DNA of 63,283 bases, the filler included, from Dicyema japonicum (Eukaryota; Animalia; Dicyemida): NCBI GenBank assembly GCA_011109175.1. It is 7 parts of 7 records of this genome, joined end to end, with 100 filler letters (N's around TTAATTAATTAA, not from the genome) between each part and the next. Parts side by side here need not be neighbours in the genome. Positions count along the whole stretch, not along the records: positions 1 to 27,930 come from RDEW01000066.1; 6 more parts are not named here. One strand, written 5' to 3'. Positions 10,740-22,369 of this stretch are shown one piece after another. The notes below the pieces were generated by a model that did not search any database, was not told the DNA's origin, and saw only the letters and a list, made by a program, of their open reading frames with translations. How positions within the stretch are numbered: the first letter of the stretch is position 1; each line of letters begins with the position of its first letter. A program made the position numbers and the translations under genes.

Positions 10740-12077
10740 CAAAATTAAAGCTATTATCATATTTGACCTTGACAGAGTGTGCAATTAAGATGCAATTAAG
10801 AGATTGCACGACCTTGAATACAACCACATTAGCACAATTATTAACACAATTGACCACCAATTGACAGCGCAATTAGAAGAATTTTCGTAGAAATATTAAC
10901 TATTTATCCAAGTTTTTCGTAAAGAGGGAATTTATTTTCGGCATGCTTCTTTTCCTAATCTTTTTTATTCAAAAATAATTTTTTCTGTAGATCACCGAAG
11001 GAAGGAAAACGAAGCTGAAGAAAAGAAAGCTCAGCTTAAGGTAATTAATTTAAACTGTTTAATAATTTTTTCTATAGATAACCGAAGGAGGGAAACGAAG
11101 CTGAAGAAAAGAAAGCTCAGCTTAAGGTAAGTAATCAAAACTGTTTTTTCTTAACTTGACATGCTGTTGCCTGCTTCTCTTTTGCGTGCCGCTTTTTTCC
11201 CTACTGCTTCTCTGACTGCTGCTTAATGTGATAGTTATGTATTTAATTTAATCGGTGTGTTTGAATGGTGTGTTTGTGATCTGTTTGTGTACCTCGAAAA
11301 CCCGAATTACAAAATAAATACAAAAAATATTCTGAACTATCAGAACACTACAGGAATTTCGACTGGCTTCGTGAACTAGCTATATTAGCTCCGTTAAATG
11401 ATGAGGTACTTAATATAAATTTAGATTTATTAATCAAAATCCCTGGAGAAGAAAGAATATATAAATCGGTGGACGTTATTATGGACCATGAAATAGCATG
11501 CGAATATCCGGTTGAATTTTTGATTTTTTAGATCCCTCTGAAATGCCTAATAATCTTTTAAAATTAAAGATAGGCGTTCCAGTGGTTTTATTACGAAATC
11601 TTGCGCCACCTAAATTATGCAACGGAACGAGGTTAGTTATCAAAAATTTGATGGCTAGAAGCGACGATATTAACAGGTAAGTATAGAGGTGAGGATGTAT
11701 ATATCCCACGAATTCCCATTATTTCTGATGAATTACCGTTTAGATTTAAAAGGCTGCAATTTCCGTTGAGGATGAGTTTTGCGATGACTATAAACAAGGC
11801 CCAGGGACAGTCATTAAAGGTAGTTGGCTTATTTTTAGAGAGCGAGTGCTTTTCACATGGACAGCTGTATGTGGGATGCTCAAGGGTAGGCAGAAAAGAA
11901 AATTTATTCATATATGCCAAGGAAGGACGGACGACAACATCGTTTATCAACAGGCGTTAGAATAGGGCTACATCAAACCAGGTCGTTTATTATATCTACA
12001 TAAACTTATAGTTGTTTGATGAAACAGGCCCTCCGCAGGAGCTAGGTCGCGGTGAGCGAAGCGAGCTGCTGAGCTAG
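10740..12077 (+). mobile_element. Internally deleted Helitron (5' repeat exons + PIF1-type helicase C-terminus + 3' hairpin/CTAG); 5' boundary uncertain
   Basis: About 11345-11960 encodes [51 protein letters not shown] and [13 protein letters not shown] (Helitron helicase). Ends CTAG|T at 12074-12078. Confidence 0.88.
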
Positions 12078-12339
12078 TCCTTGATAAAGATATGACAACT
12101 TTACAATCACACAAAATTTTAGACTGCGAAATTAACTTGTTTTAATGAAAATCAATAGTCTCGAACGATTATTATGCATACATCCCTGAGAGTAACTTCT
12201 CTAGGAAGAAAGTAAAGTGGGAAAAATTTATAGAACTGGAATTTGAAAATTTTTAATTTACAGACGAGTAATAATTCTACACAAATTTTACATATTTAAT
12301 GTTTTAATAAAAAATTATGTGAATTATTACAAGTTTTCA

Positions 12340-13110
12340 TGGACGGATGATTGCCTTGCCACTTGGGAGAAATGGACTTCATAATCAATCGGATGCAACC
12401 CGCTAATCGCAATGGGCATAACTAATATACGCCAAACCTACGAAGAATTGAACGGACGCATAGACCAAGCCAGCTGGCATGCTTAAAAATGAGTAGCCAG
12501 TCCCTGAAGCGGTGCTTGGGAACTTTTACCTTGTGAGACAACTGGTTGCCATCTGGACATGAATCTGTAAGGAATTGGAATCGGCCTACGCCTTGGTCTA
12601 CCTGTGTCGGTCAAAACACCAATGCCGATGCGGCGTACAGACCGACGAGCTCGCTACCACTCCCTTTCATGTCGTAACGGAATTGGACGCTCTTGGGCAT
12701 AGCAAACTAAGCCTGAATCAATCCTGAATTCCACTCTCAACTGGAACCTGCAGGGATCTTTTCAGAGAACAGCAGAAGGCCCGATTGGATAACGACCTTT
12801 CCTTTTCAAAAGGAAAGTGTCTGGTTTAAGACGTCACGTGCGTGAAATCCTTTTCGCCCAGAACATGCGTGTATCACTGGAAACCTAGAGCCCCATCTGA
12901 ATGAGCTGAAAAAAAAGAAGCAAGAGAAGCATGCTGATGTCTGGTGGCACTATGTTTGTCCCCTGGCACTAGAGACGTCTGGAATACAGGGGCCCTTGCA
13001 ATCGTAACCTCCTCCGACAAATCGGTTACGATCAATGCGCAGATTGTATCTCAAATCTGACCGATCCAAAGCTCGTCATTACTTTGGACAAGTTATAACA
13101 AGGCTGTACA
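12340..13110 (+). mobile_element. Degenerate 3' fragment of a CRE-like RLE non-LTR retrotransposon
   Basis: Eroded GIGLRLGL..HQCRCG..HSLSC, RPD-like and LALETSG motifs, homologous to 14035-14544; many stops and frameshifts. Confidence 0.7.
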
Positions 13111-13912
13111 ATCATTTTCATATCAAAGTCCTTTCGAAAGATATCGAGGGATAAGCGAAATAAATACTGTTGTTTGCAGGTTATAATTATCAAATTATGT
13201 TTTTAGGAAATATTGAAAATCATATTGAAAATTCAGAGATTTATTCAAATTTAGACTCAATTGAAAATTCAAGTATTTTAACTTGGATTCTAATTGTCAA
13301 AGTCCAAAAAAATTCAAATTTAATCTAAAATCCCATTGATGGAAACTCAGTCTACTATAAGGCAATAGAAAATAATGTCCACAATAGTAAATACGAATTT
13401 ATGTCGGAGATAAAGTTTAGATAAAAATTATAGATAGGTTCGAGTTAAAAAAGATTATGGAAACGAACCCTTCGTTGCGGCTGGAATAAATTCGAGTCTC
13501 CATTCTATCCGGCTGCTGAAATAATCAACATTTTATCAAATAATCGAGTCGAGGTATATCAATCATTTTTATTTAGTAGATAAAAAAATGCTAAAGGAGA
13601 GGTATGGACGGTCGCAATGTCAAGACTGAAAAAATAATTAATTTTAATATTTTTTTGTTAAAATGCATTTTTTTAAAGTTAATAAATGATTAAAATAGTA
13701 TGATTTGTTCAAGGTAAAATTAAGATTTGTTCAAGGTAAAATGTAACCGGTTTGCCCATGCCGCATCATATCCGCTCACAAATATATTTATATGATCATC
13801 TCCGTTACTATCATTTTTCTGTTATTAATAATAAAATCGTTTTGTTTTTTAAATTATTCCTTATTTCTGTTAATGAATAATTTCATCATAATGGTCTACA
13901 GTTTTATAAATT

Positions 13913-16900
13913 AACAGGACAACACAGACAAAAATTATTTTTTTGAACTGCCGGCGCATAGGATGGCCTGGCAGTTCCCTCGGACAATCGCCAACGAGAC
14001 TCTTTGGAAGAGATGGCGAGTCTCGTTGGGATCCTTATTCTTCTTTGGCAATCTTCGTCCCCAGCCGACGAAGAAAAGAAAGCGATTCCGGGCCGATGAC
14101 CCCGGATGTCTCCACGGCTACTGGCGCGAAAGTGTGATCATCGGCCAGGGACGCGTATTTACTCGTCTTAGTGGCCTCCGCGCGTCTAGCCGCCGAGCCA
14201 GGCTCAGCAACTGACAAGATCTGGTTATGGGCAGAGAATGTGTCGGCGCATGTCGCGTCCCAGATGAGGCATTTCCCGTGATCGAAAGGAAATGTTGTCA
14301 TCCCATCTGGGCGCTTTCCATCTCCGCGATCCAACCCGACTGGTTCCAGCACATTGTGGAATCCTGCAGATGCCAGGGAGCGGCTCACCACATCATTGAG
14401 CCCTGAGTGCCGAGGGAAACGGCCAGCGCTACGTCGGCAAGAAAGCGGGTGCAGTCCTAGGGTGTCAATCGTCTGACCGCAGCGGCATTGATGCTCACGG
14501 CAGATGTTTAATCCCAGGCGCAGGAGACTGCGATGCGGAGGCATTCGTTATCCAGTAATGTCCCGACTGACGCCATTGGGATAGCTGTCAGCCAGGCTCC
14601 TGAATACTTTTGGGACCCTGCAAGCAGACAGCCCAGGCGGTGTTGATCGAGTTTGCACTTGAGGAGTGAAAACTTGTAATCGGAATAGATTCCGTCCCAT
14701 TGCCGCTGTTTGGTCGAATCATTGGGTGTTTCGAGGCCCTAGGCGGACCAGGATCTGACAGCCGAAGAGAACTCAGAGTCCAGGGCGATTCAATAACGGA
14801 TTGCAGAATCTCATGGACAAGAGAGCTGGTGGCATGTACGGAGGAAAGGAATGCTGGCAGGGAAAGATCGGCGGCTGAGCGCACGCCGATGCCACCATGG
14901 CTAACCGGGAGGATTGCCTGCTCCCAGCCAAGGTCATCGAAAGGGGCATTGCAGATTGTTTCGAGGCATGACCTGAGGGCACGGTCGAAGCTGGAAAGCC
15001 CAACGTGATTGGTGAAGCATGGGGAACTTCTGAGGCTGAATAATAGTTTGGGAATTGCGAAACAGTTCTTCAACAAGAATAGGGCCGCGTGGGAATCGAT
15101 AGCCGTAAGTTTACTGGACATTGACTTAAGATTGGCGGTTTTTTGGACAGCGTTTGCTCCACTCCCGTGTTGAATATAGGGGAGCCCAGAATCCTGAGAT
15201 TCGATGGCGTGGTGACTTGGATGTTGGATAAATACGAGTTGAATGAACGTAGAATATCGGAAAAATGGTGTGGGTCGTAACTGATGTTTATGATTTCAGA
15301 TTTGTGGAATTGACTTCGAGACCAATGGCTTGCAATGAAGGGATTAAGATACTTAAGTCGTCAAGGACGGATTCGGATGTGCCACCAATGGTGGCGTCGT
15401 CCAGGTACCAAACGTTGAATTTGGATGATACCTTCCTGGCAACATTATCAACGGCCAATGCGAAAAGAAGAGGGCCCAGAGGGTCACCTTGCTGTACTCC
15501 ATTGCTGGACGGGATTGTCTGATTACCAGCAATGAGGAGGCTGGGCTGGCCGTAAGCCAACGCGACGAGGCGAGAGATTGATGGGCAGCGACGGGTAACG
15601 GATTCGAAAAAAGTGTCACGACGCACACAGTTGAAAGCATTAGCCAAGTCTATCTTGATAAGAAGACAAAACTCGTCTTGGCGATCTTGTGAAGCAAGAA
15701 CGTACTTCCTTGTGGCGTGGACTGCTGCTTCACAGCCACCCCTAACCCCGACGCCGAGTTGTATTGGGCGTAATTCGTGTTTCAGCAATTTAATGGCTTG
15801 TCTGCAAGCTACTTTCGACGCCAGTCGGCGGGAGAGGCAACCCACAGCGAAGGAACGGACGCCGCCTTCCTTTTTCCTTAGGGAGGTGAGGTTAGCGGTA
15901 AAAATTATGTTGCGGGCATACTCAGATATTTCTCCATTCAAGATTCGGTTCATAAGAGCTGTTAGAGATAATAGGAGGCGACGACCAACTTCGCAGGTTT
16001 GGTAAAAGAGCATGTCTTTGGAGTGCTCGGGCCGGAGACCGTTTATACCGCCACAGTTACCGGTTGGAAAAGAATTAATGGCATCGAGGACTTTCTTTTT
16101 TGAGGCGTGCGAGATTAGGGGGTTGGAATGGATCATAATGGGCCGCTGGTCATCCGGAGGGTCCGGGTGCTTCGCTCTTAGCTCTGTAAGAATTTGGGGG
16201 TTATTTCGAAGGCCTTGGAATCGGATGCAAGTGCTCGCACAGCGCCGGCAACATTTCCCTCCAATAGTTGGGCGTTTACACGTTCACGTAGGCGTATGAC
16301 GTCTCGGTTAATGGCCTCGTCGTTTTCTGAGGCGGGACGGGTGTGTCTGGGTCTTCAGTTGGGCCTTCCCTGGGGCACCCAACCAACCAGAGAAGTCCGA
16401 GGGACAAGACATGTAGGCCGATATGTTGGCCTTGAATCGCGACGAATTGGAAAGGGTTGGATGTTATGGCCTCTGGGTTTATGGGTGGCCTCTTTAGGGA
16501 GACCGAGAGCCATTATGCCGAAACAGAAAAGATGGTTCCAGCTGGATGGGTCATTAGAAGAAAGTGCCTTGTCGATAACGGAGGATAAAGACTCGGCCGA
16601 GGGAATGCGCGCAGCCTTGGGTATTTTTACTGGGATAGCACGGACCCTTTTGGCTCGGGAAACCGACAAGAGGAAATCTTTCACTGTTGGGATGGGTATA
16701 ATTGGTCGGGAATTATTGGAATCGGGTAGAATGTTGGAAGATACCGGCCGCAAACCGCGGGCAAGAGGGTGGCATGAGGGGCAGATCCATTTGGACAAAG
16801 TTGAGGCAGCCAGTTTAGAGATTCCGGCACAGGAAAGGTGGAAGAAGCGGTTGCAGGTGGAACACAGGCAACCGTTCTTCCTCAGGTTGCATAAATTGCA

Positions 16901-17154
16901 CGAAGAGCATAGGAGAGATTTTTTAGAGAAAGGGAGTACCATGTGGATATACTAGATTGAGACAGTGTAACAAGATGGATATGGAGAATAGAGACAATGA
17001 AAGATAAATGAAATATGGGATGGAAGAAGGATATAAGAGATAGATGTACTAGATAAAAGGGGGATTTGGTTAATTGAGACAATGTAATAGGATGGATATA
17101 GCAGATTGAGACAACAAGGACAACAACAACAACGTGCAACAACAACGTGCAATC
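13913..17154 (-). mobile_element. Full-length CRE-like non-LTR retrotransposon (PHD finger - RT - CCHC - RLE endonuclease), frameshifted
   Basis: PHD C4HC3 in 16355-16942; RT motifs GVQQGDPLGPLLF and WYLDD in 15288-16136; CRCG..HPLSC and RPDG..WDATCADT..VAVETSG in 14035-14544. Flanked by a 12-bp direct repeat GTTTTATAAATT (13901-13912, 17155-17166), interpreted as the TSD. Confidence 0.92.
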
Positions 17155-18689
17155 GTTTTATAAATTCTATCGGAAAAATAAAAAACACTTTTTAGAGAAT
17201 CAACGATAGCAATTTAGATATTAGTTTGTTAAATAAATAAATCCATTTTATTTCGTTGCTGGGAGATTGACTGACATTAAGTAAGAACAAGGTTGAGTTT
17301 TCTACGATCATTGTTTTGCTTTTCGACATTTGGAGAAAGCTGCTCACGATTTTGGAAATAAAGAGCATCGTGTCTGATACCGTCAGGAATATGTAGACCT
17401 TTTATATTCTAAAAATTATTTTGAAACTATCTGAATACTTGGAGAATAAGTTTTCTGTTAACCATGTCTTTTTTCCAGCCCATTACATATGATTTTGAAT
17501 CATCGGATGATAAGATGAATATATTTGGAAAATTGGGACATTCTCTAAAATCAGTAATTATATAAATTGTTTTATACCTCATTTATTTACTAATGTTGCT
17601 TGCCAACTATTTTTAAATTTTATATTATTATATCCACACAATAAGAATTACTCAAGTAAGAATTACATAATTGCCGAGTATTGCTCCAGCTAGTCCCGAA
17701 TTGTATAATGAAACAAATCTATAATTAATTCAAAGGATAGTGAACAGTATTAAACTCATATTAAGTGATTTGGACTAAATTCCAATGTTCTTACAGTTCA
17801 CTGTTCTGATTTAGTAAGTTTCACTGTTATTGTTCAAATAATCAAAGGGAAGTTTGAAACTGTATCAATCAAAATAAAATATCTTATAATTTAGAGCATA
17901 TCTGGTTAGATGCAGTGGAAGCTTCGGGGGAGCGTAAAAGAAGATCACACATTAACCACGGAAAATAGCAACTGATAGAGACCACGAAGGGGATTTATTA
18001 TTCCCCGTTTATTTAAATAAATTTAAAATCGGTAAAAAATACAGTTTCCCTCTATTGCTCACCATTTCTGGGACCAAGCCAAAACGGACCAAGTTTTTTT
18101 GCAGGATCGTTTATCCATATTTTTTTGCATTTTTATTAAACTTTCAAGCATATTCACATTAAAATTGTCGTCATGCAAAAAATATTTTTTGAGGTCAAAA
18201 ACACTTCATCGCATCTCGATGTGTAATACATTTGTTTCTTCACAATCTTTAGTAATGATCTTATCTAAATTGTCATTTTCATCTTTATTGTTTTGAAGAA
18301 ATTCATAAAGTTTGTCATTTTTTTATTTAGCCCCATTCCCCCCCCTGAAATTGGAAGGAATGCGGCTCGAAGAAAAAACCGACAGACCTCTTNGAACGAA
18401 AGGAGTCACCGAGATCAGTGAGAATGTCCTCAACAAGGTGCACTTCTGAGGGAGTAGAGTAACAAAGCGAAGAAGTTTCTCGCGAGAAACAAGCCGTGAA
18501 TCACAGTCGTCTTTGGGGGGGTTTCTATGTAATATACTCAGTTCAGAAAGGGTAATGGAATACACATCTTCCACCAAAGAACTCCCTGACCCATTCTGGG
18601 GAGAATTGTTGACTTGAATGACATCAGAAGACACATTTCCAGGCCAAAATTCAGGATTTTTCTAAACAGGCTAATTCAGGAATCTTACT

Positions 18690-19010
18690 AAAAATTCAGG
18701 AATCTTACTAAAAAGAGTCATTTCCAGGAAGTATTGACTCATCTAACTGTAGACTAAAATGTGTATTTTTCAATATCGAACACAAATTGTTTTCTACATC
18801 GAATGCCATGTCATCGATACGTCTCTGTACCGTTTTGTTCCTCAGTGGAATTGACTTAATGATATTCTGATGAGGTTGGTTCATAACCGTTGTCAGTACT
18901 TCGCGAATTGATGGAATTATAAGTTCTTCCCCAATTGTGTGGGGTTTACCAGATTTAGCGATAAGAAAAGCAATATTATATCATGCAATAAAACAAATAT
19001 ATTTGCCCAT
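18690..19010 (-). mobile_element. hAT (Buster/SCAND3-like) transposase fragment
   Basis: Translates to IAKSGKPHTIGEELIIPSIREVL..IPLRNKTVQRRIDDMA..HFSLQLDES. Confidence 0.8.
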
Positions 19011-19192
19011 TTCTGTTGATTTGTGTGTTTTGTGAGTAGTCTTTTGAAAAACGCAAGCGGCTGGTTGGGTTTATTTGGATGAACCTATATTTGTGGTGAA
19101 ACCGTATTTTATATACATAATATTATGTGACATGGGCAACCTGTCCTTTACGTGTTACTATGGCAACTACTTAACAAATTAATACTAATAAC

Positions 19193-20452
19193 TAGGGCAA
19201 CATAAGTCAATAAAGTCAATTTCAATTCAGAGTTAGACTTTAGTCTAAAAATAATGATTAGCTAAAAAAATATCAAAAAAAGGTTTCTATAAAAAGTTTG
19301 TTAGGTCAATTTGGTCAATTTTTGGATTTTTTAGGTCAATTTTTTTAATTAGGTCAATTTTTAAACTTCTACTAAATTATAGACTATATATGCCTAAAAA
19401 TAAGTCTTCCGATTTTAAAAAAAGCTACAAATATTTGTGAAAAATATCCAAAGAATTTTTAGTTACACCGAATGGAATGCTTGTTTGTAAATTATGTGAG
19501 TTACCCGTAACATATCGAGGCTGGACTAACGCCTTCTGCGGCTTGGGAATGCCATGTCTACCGGCATCCACCTGGCTGCAGACAGATACATTGGAAAACA
19601 GCCACAGAACAAACACTCTATCAGACCATGCCATCCGGATGTCTTCGCTCTATCGGCTGAACAAAAGGAGCTTAAGCTGTTGATTGAGAACACTAAAGAC
19701 ACGAACACTATCCACGCACTGAAGAACCGGCGAGCCACTACCCAGAAACAAATAAAGCGCCTAAACCTCCAATATGGCCGGGACACCCTGACTTCCCGCC
19801 TCGAGGAACTGGAAACTCTTAAAGACAACGCACGAATGTTTCTGGCACTACGGCTGCTTAAGTATGCACTTCCTTAGAAGGAGATTCTTTGCTTATTAAA
19901 TAGCGAAAGAATGTTTATTTAATGAACAACTTCATGAAGATCTAACGACGATAACATCACAATATTCACCTTTATTAAATTTGCTTGATGATTTAGAATC
20001 GACCAATTTTACTATAAATAAAGCATACAATTAAAGAAGCCGTATGTGGAATAAAAAATTATATTAACAAAAGGATGAATTCTAATGATATCACAAAAAT
20101 AATGAATTTCGATGATCATTTCATTTCACCTTCGGATTATTCTTTATTGATTGAATGTCAGGCTACATCGTGCGCAGTGGAACGATCATTTTCGATTCTA
20201 AACAAAATCTTAACAAAGAATATGAATTTTAAATCGAAAAAATGTAAAAAATTACTTGATTGTTAATAACTCGATAAACGATGTATAAAATTACTTTTAA
20301 TTTTCATAAGAGTAGTTTATATCTGAAAATAAAGTTGTAAATAGTATTTTTTAGGTCAATTTTTCAGTCAATTTTAAAATTTTACAGTCAATTAAATTGA
20401 CTTTTTAAGGGCAATTTTTATTTTTTTAAGTCAATAAAAATGTTGCGCCCTA
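19193..20452 (+). mobile_element. Deleted hAT element of the TAGGG-terminus (CGGBP-related) type with a nested insertion
   Basis: Termini TAGGGC..GCCCTA; perfect 8-bp TSD CTAATAAC (19185-19192, 20453-20460); subterminal (A/G)GTCAA repeats; N-terminal LVCKLC (BED-like); C-terminal ATSCAVERSFS dimerisation motif (20075-20266). Confidence 0.88.
19518..19880 (+). mobile_element. GC-richer coding fragment nested in the hAT element, probably LINE-derived
   Basis: Abrupt composition change; 107-aa ORF with no hAT motifs; resemblance to a LINE endonuclease-RT linker is from memory only. Confidence 0.35.
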
Positions 20453-21599
20453 CTAATAACTTTAAAAAATTAATTAATAGATATTTAATTGTTTATTTCT
20501 TTCAACGCGACACCAACACCGATTTTTTTGACTGTTTAAAATTCGACCTAAACATGAATTTCGACCTATACTTCTACGCGTGAATTGGACAAAATTGTGA
20601 CTATTTCGCAAGTATCTGAATACTTGGATTTGAATTTATCTAACATTAAAGCTGGATTCGTCCCGTAATCCTTTGCAATCAAACCTTAATAGATTAAAAT
20701 TAATTTACAACTTTATCTTCTATGCCATAGGGCCTATGGCATAATTGTACTTACTACAATACGCCCAAGAAAAACTTAAGACAGAGAAATTAAAAGGACC
20801 TCCTTATTCGGATTTAATTAGAAAACTTAACACTCTTGCTCTTAAAAAAGAATTGTGTGACTTTCACGAGCGAAACCCTAGGCACTTAGGTGCTTATGGC
20901 AACGCGGTAGTGCTCTTTACATTTTTTTACAGTAAACAATTTAGTCATAAACGCCCCCTTAAAATTTTGTATCGCCTACTTTGGAAAGAGCTTTCATTAA
21001 AACTATCTGGTGATGTTCTTTACTTCGAAACGAGGTACTGTCCATTTTAAGTTTGGTTGCTGTTTTATCCATGTGATCCATGTGATTAGCCGTAATTTGC
21101 TATGTGATTAGTTGACCCACAATTAATGCCACTTCTGCTCTTTTTATAGTCAAGTTTACATTCTGACCTTCGGTGATTCCTGAACATATTAGGCATCTTT
21201 CATCATTCCTACGAAGCGTGCAATGTGTCCAAATAGTTGGCAACGGTCAAATTGAATCTTTGTTTGTCTAGTTACCCTGCCCACTGCTGCAGGTTCAAGA
21301 CCACAAATTTTATTTGCAATCTTGAGACTTCCAAAGTTTTTTATTATTAACACTAAACAAAAGTGACATGTCACAAGAACCAATTAAATAAATTGCGGCG
21401 AGATTCATTCCTAATAGCACTTTAGGGTGAACAAAATGGAGGGATATTGCAGAAAAAACTTTTTCTTCATTAAATGAATTGACATGCGACAAATCATTGC
21501 TTCGTATTCTGAAGCAAGCATGTTGATCATAACAAGGTTCCAAGTGTTAATATTGTTGCTAAAGAGCATGTTCCATCAATAAGCATTGCTTCCGCCAGC

Positions 21600-22150
21600 T
21601 AATTTTTAGCCGATTTTTTACATTCCTTTTTATTCCAACAGCTCTAAAATAGCATTCAACTCATCATTTTGACCATTTTTTATTTTCCTTTGGAAAACAT
21701 GTTCAAACATCACACATTCATAGAGATTTATCACTCAGATTGTTCAGCATTTTTATGTCATTTTGTATGGATAGTGGCTAAGTTGTGCGCGGTCTGTTTA
21801 AAATTCGATGTCTTCCAGAACAAAATCTACGTTATCCAGGTAGATCCGTTCTGTGATCTGACTCAGCCCATTTTTTGCTTTTCGGTCCCGGAGGGAAACC
21901 TCCAGGTAGATTACAAATAGTTATTGCGATAAGGAGTCGCCTTTCGGAGTATCAATATGTGTTTCGGAAAATTCTATTCCCAGTGGATTTACAGACAGAC
22001 TAGTCTGGGCACCATCAATTATTCCATGGCAAGCAAACATTGATACCTCTACAGCTCAAGACCACTTTTTTGTTTGTCCGTTTTAAAAAAATCGGAGGCG
22101 ATCACGGGTGACCAACCTATCCATTGGTCGCACTGAATGATACTTTTGTT
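21600..22150 (-). pseudogene. Diverged paralogous copy of the 3' half of the PX/RhoGAP-like gene at 5500-7010
   Basis: About 21790-21965 aligns by eye with about 5940-6075: LFVIYLEVSLRDRKAKNGLSQITERIYLDNVDFVLEDIE vs IFLYLEATLRDLRAKTGPTLIIELIYANDVYFVSEGIE, with shared DNA words such as TCTACCTGGAGG and AGCAAAAA. Contains stops and frameshifts; extent approximate. Confidence 0.6.
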
Positions 22151-22369
22151 ACATCACTCGAAATTTTTCGGAAGGGTGTTTTTTTACCATATAAGACATT
22201 TTATCTTGTCAGGATCAATTTGATGTCGGTTTTCGAGAGTGAGAATAAAGTAACAATAAAAACAGAAAGGGAGCATTTAATCATATGAAAATAATTTGGG
22301 AGCCAACATTACTATTGTGCTTAAAGTCAATAATCCTTCAATTGGATCTATCAAGATTTTCAACTTCGA

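Noticed and set aside
10920-11130. Repeat-spacer-repeat pattern as a CRISPR array
   Set aside because: Only two units, flanked by splice sites, in a eukaryotic Helitron; no cas genes.
16194-16955. Long plus-strand ORFs (253 aa and others) antisense to CRE elements
   Set aside because: Shadow ORFs of GC-rich coding sequence; no motifs and not conserved between subfamilies.
17113-17150. (GTT)n microsatellite as the CRE target site
   Set aside because: The 12-bp TSD lies outside the repeat, so it belongs to the element; the apparent shared ACGT before (GTT)n at 60528-60532 spans an N join.
18323-18634. 103-aa ORF as a host gene
   Set aside because: No recognisable motif, spans an N join and is flanked by TE debris.
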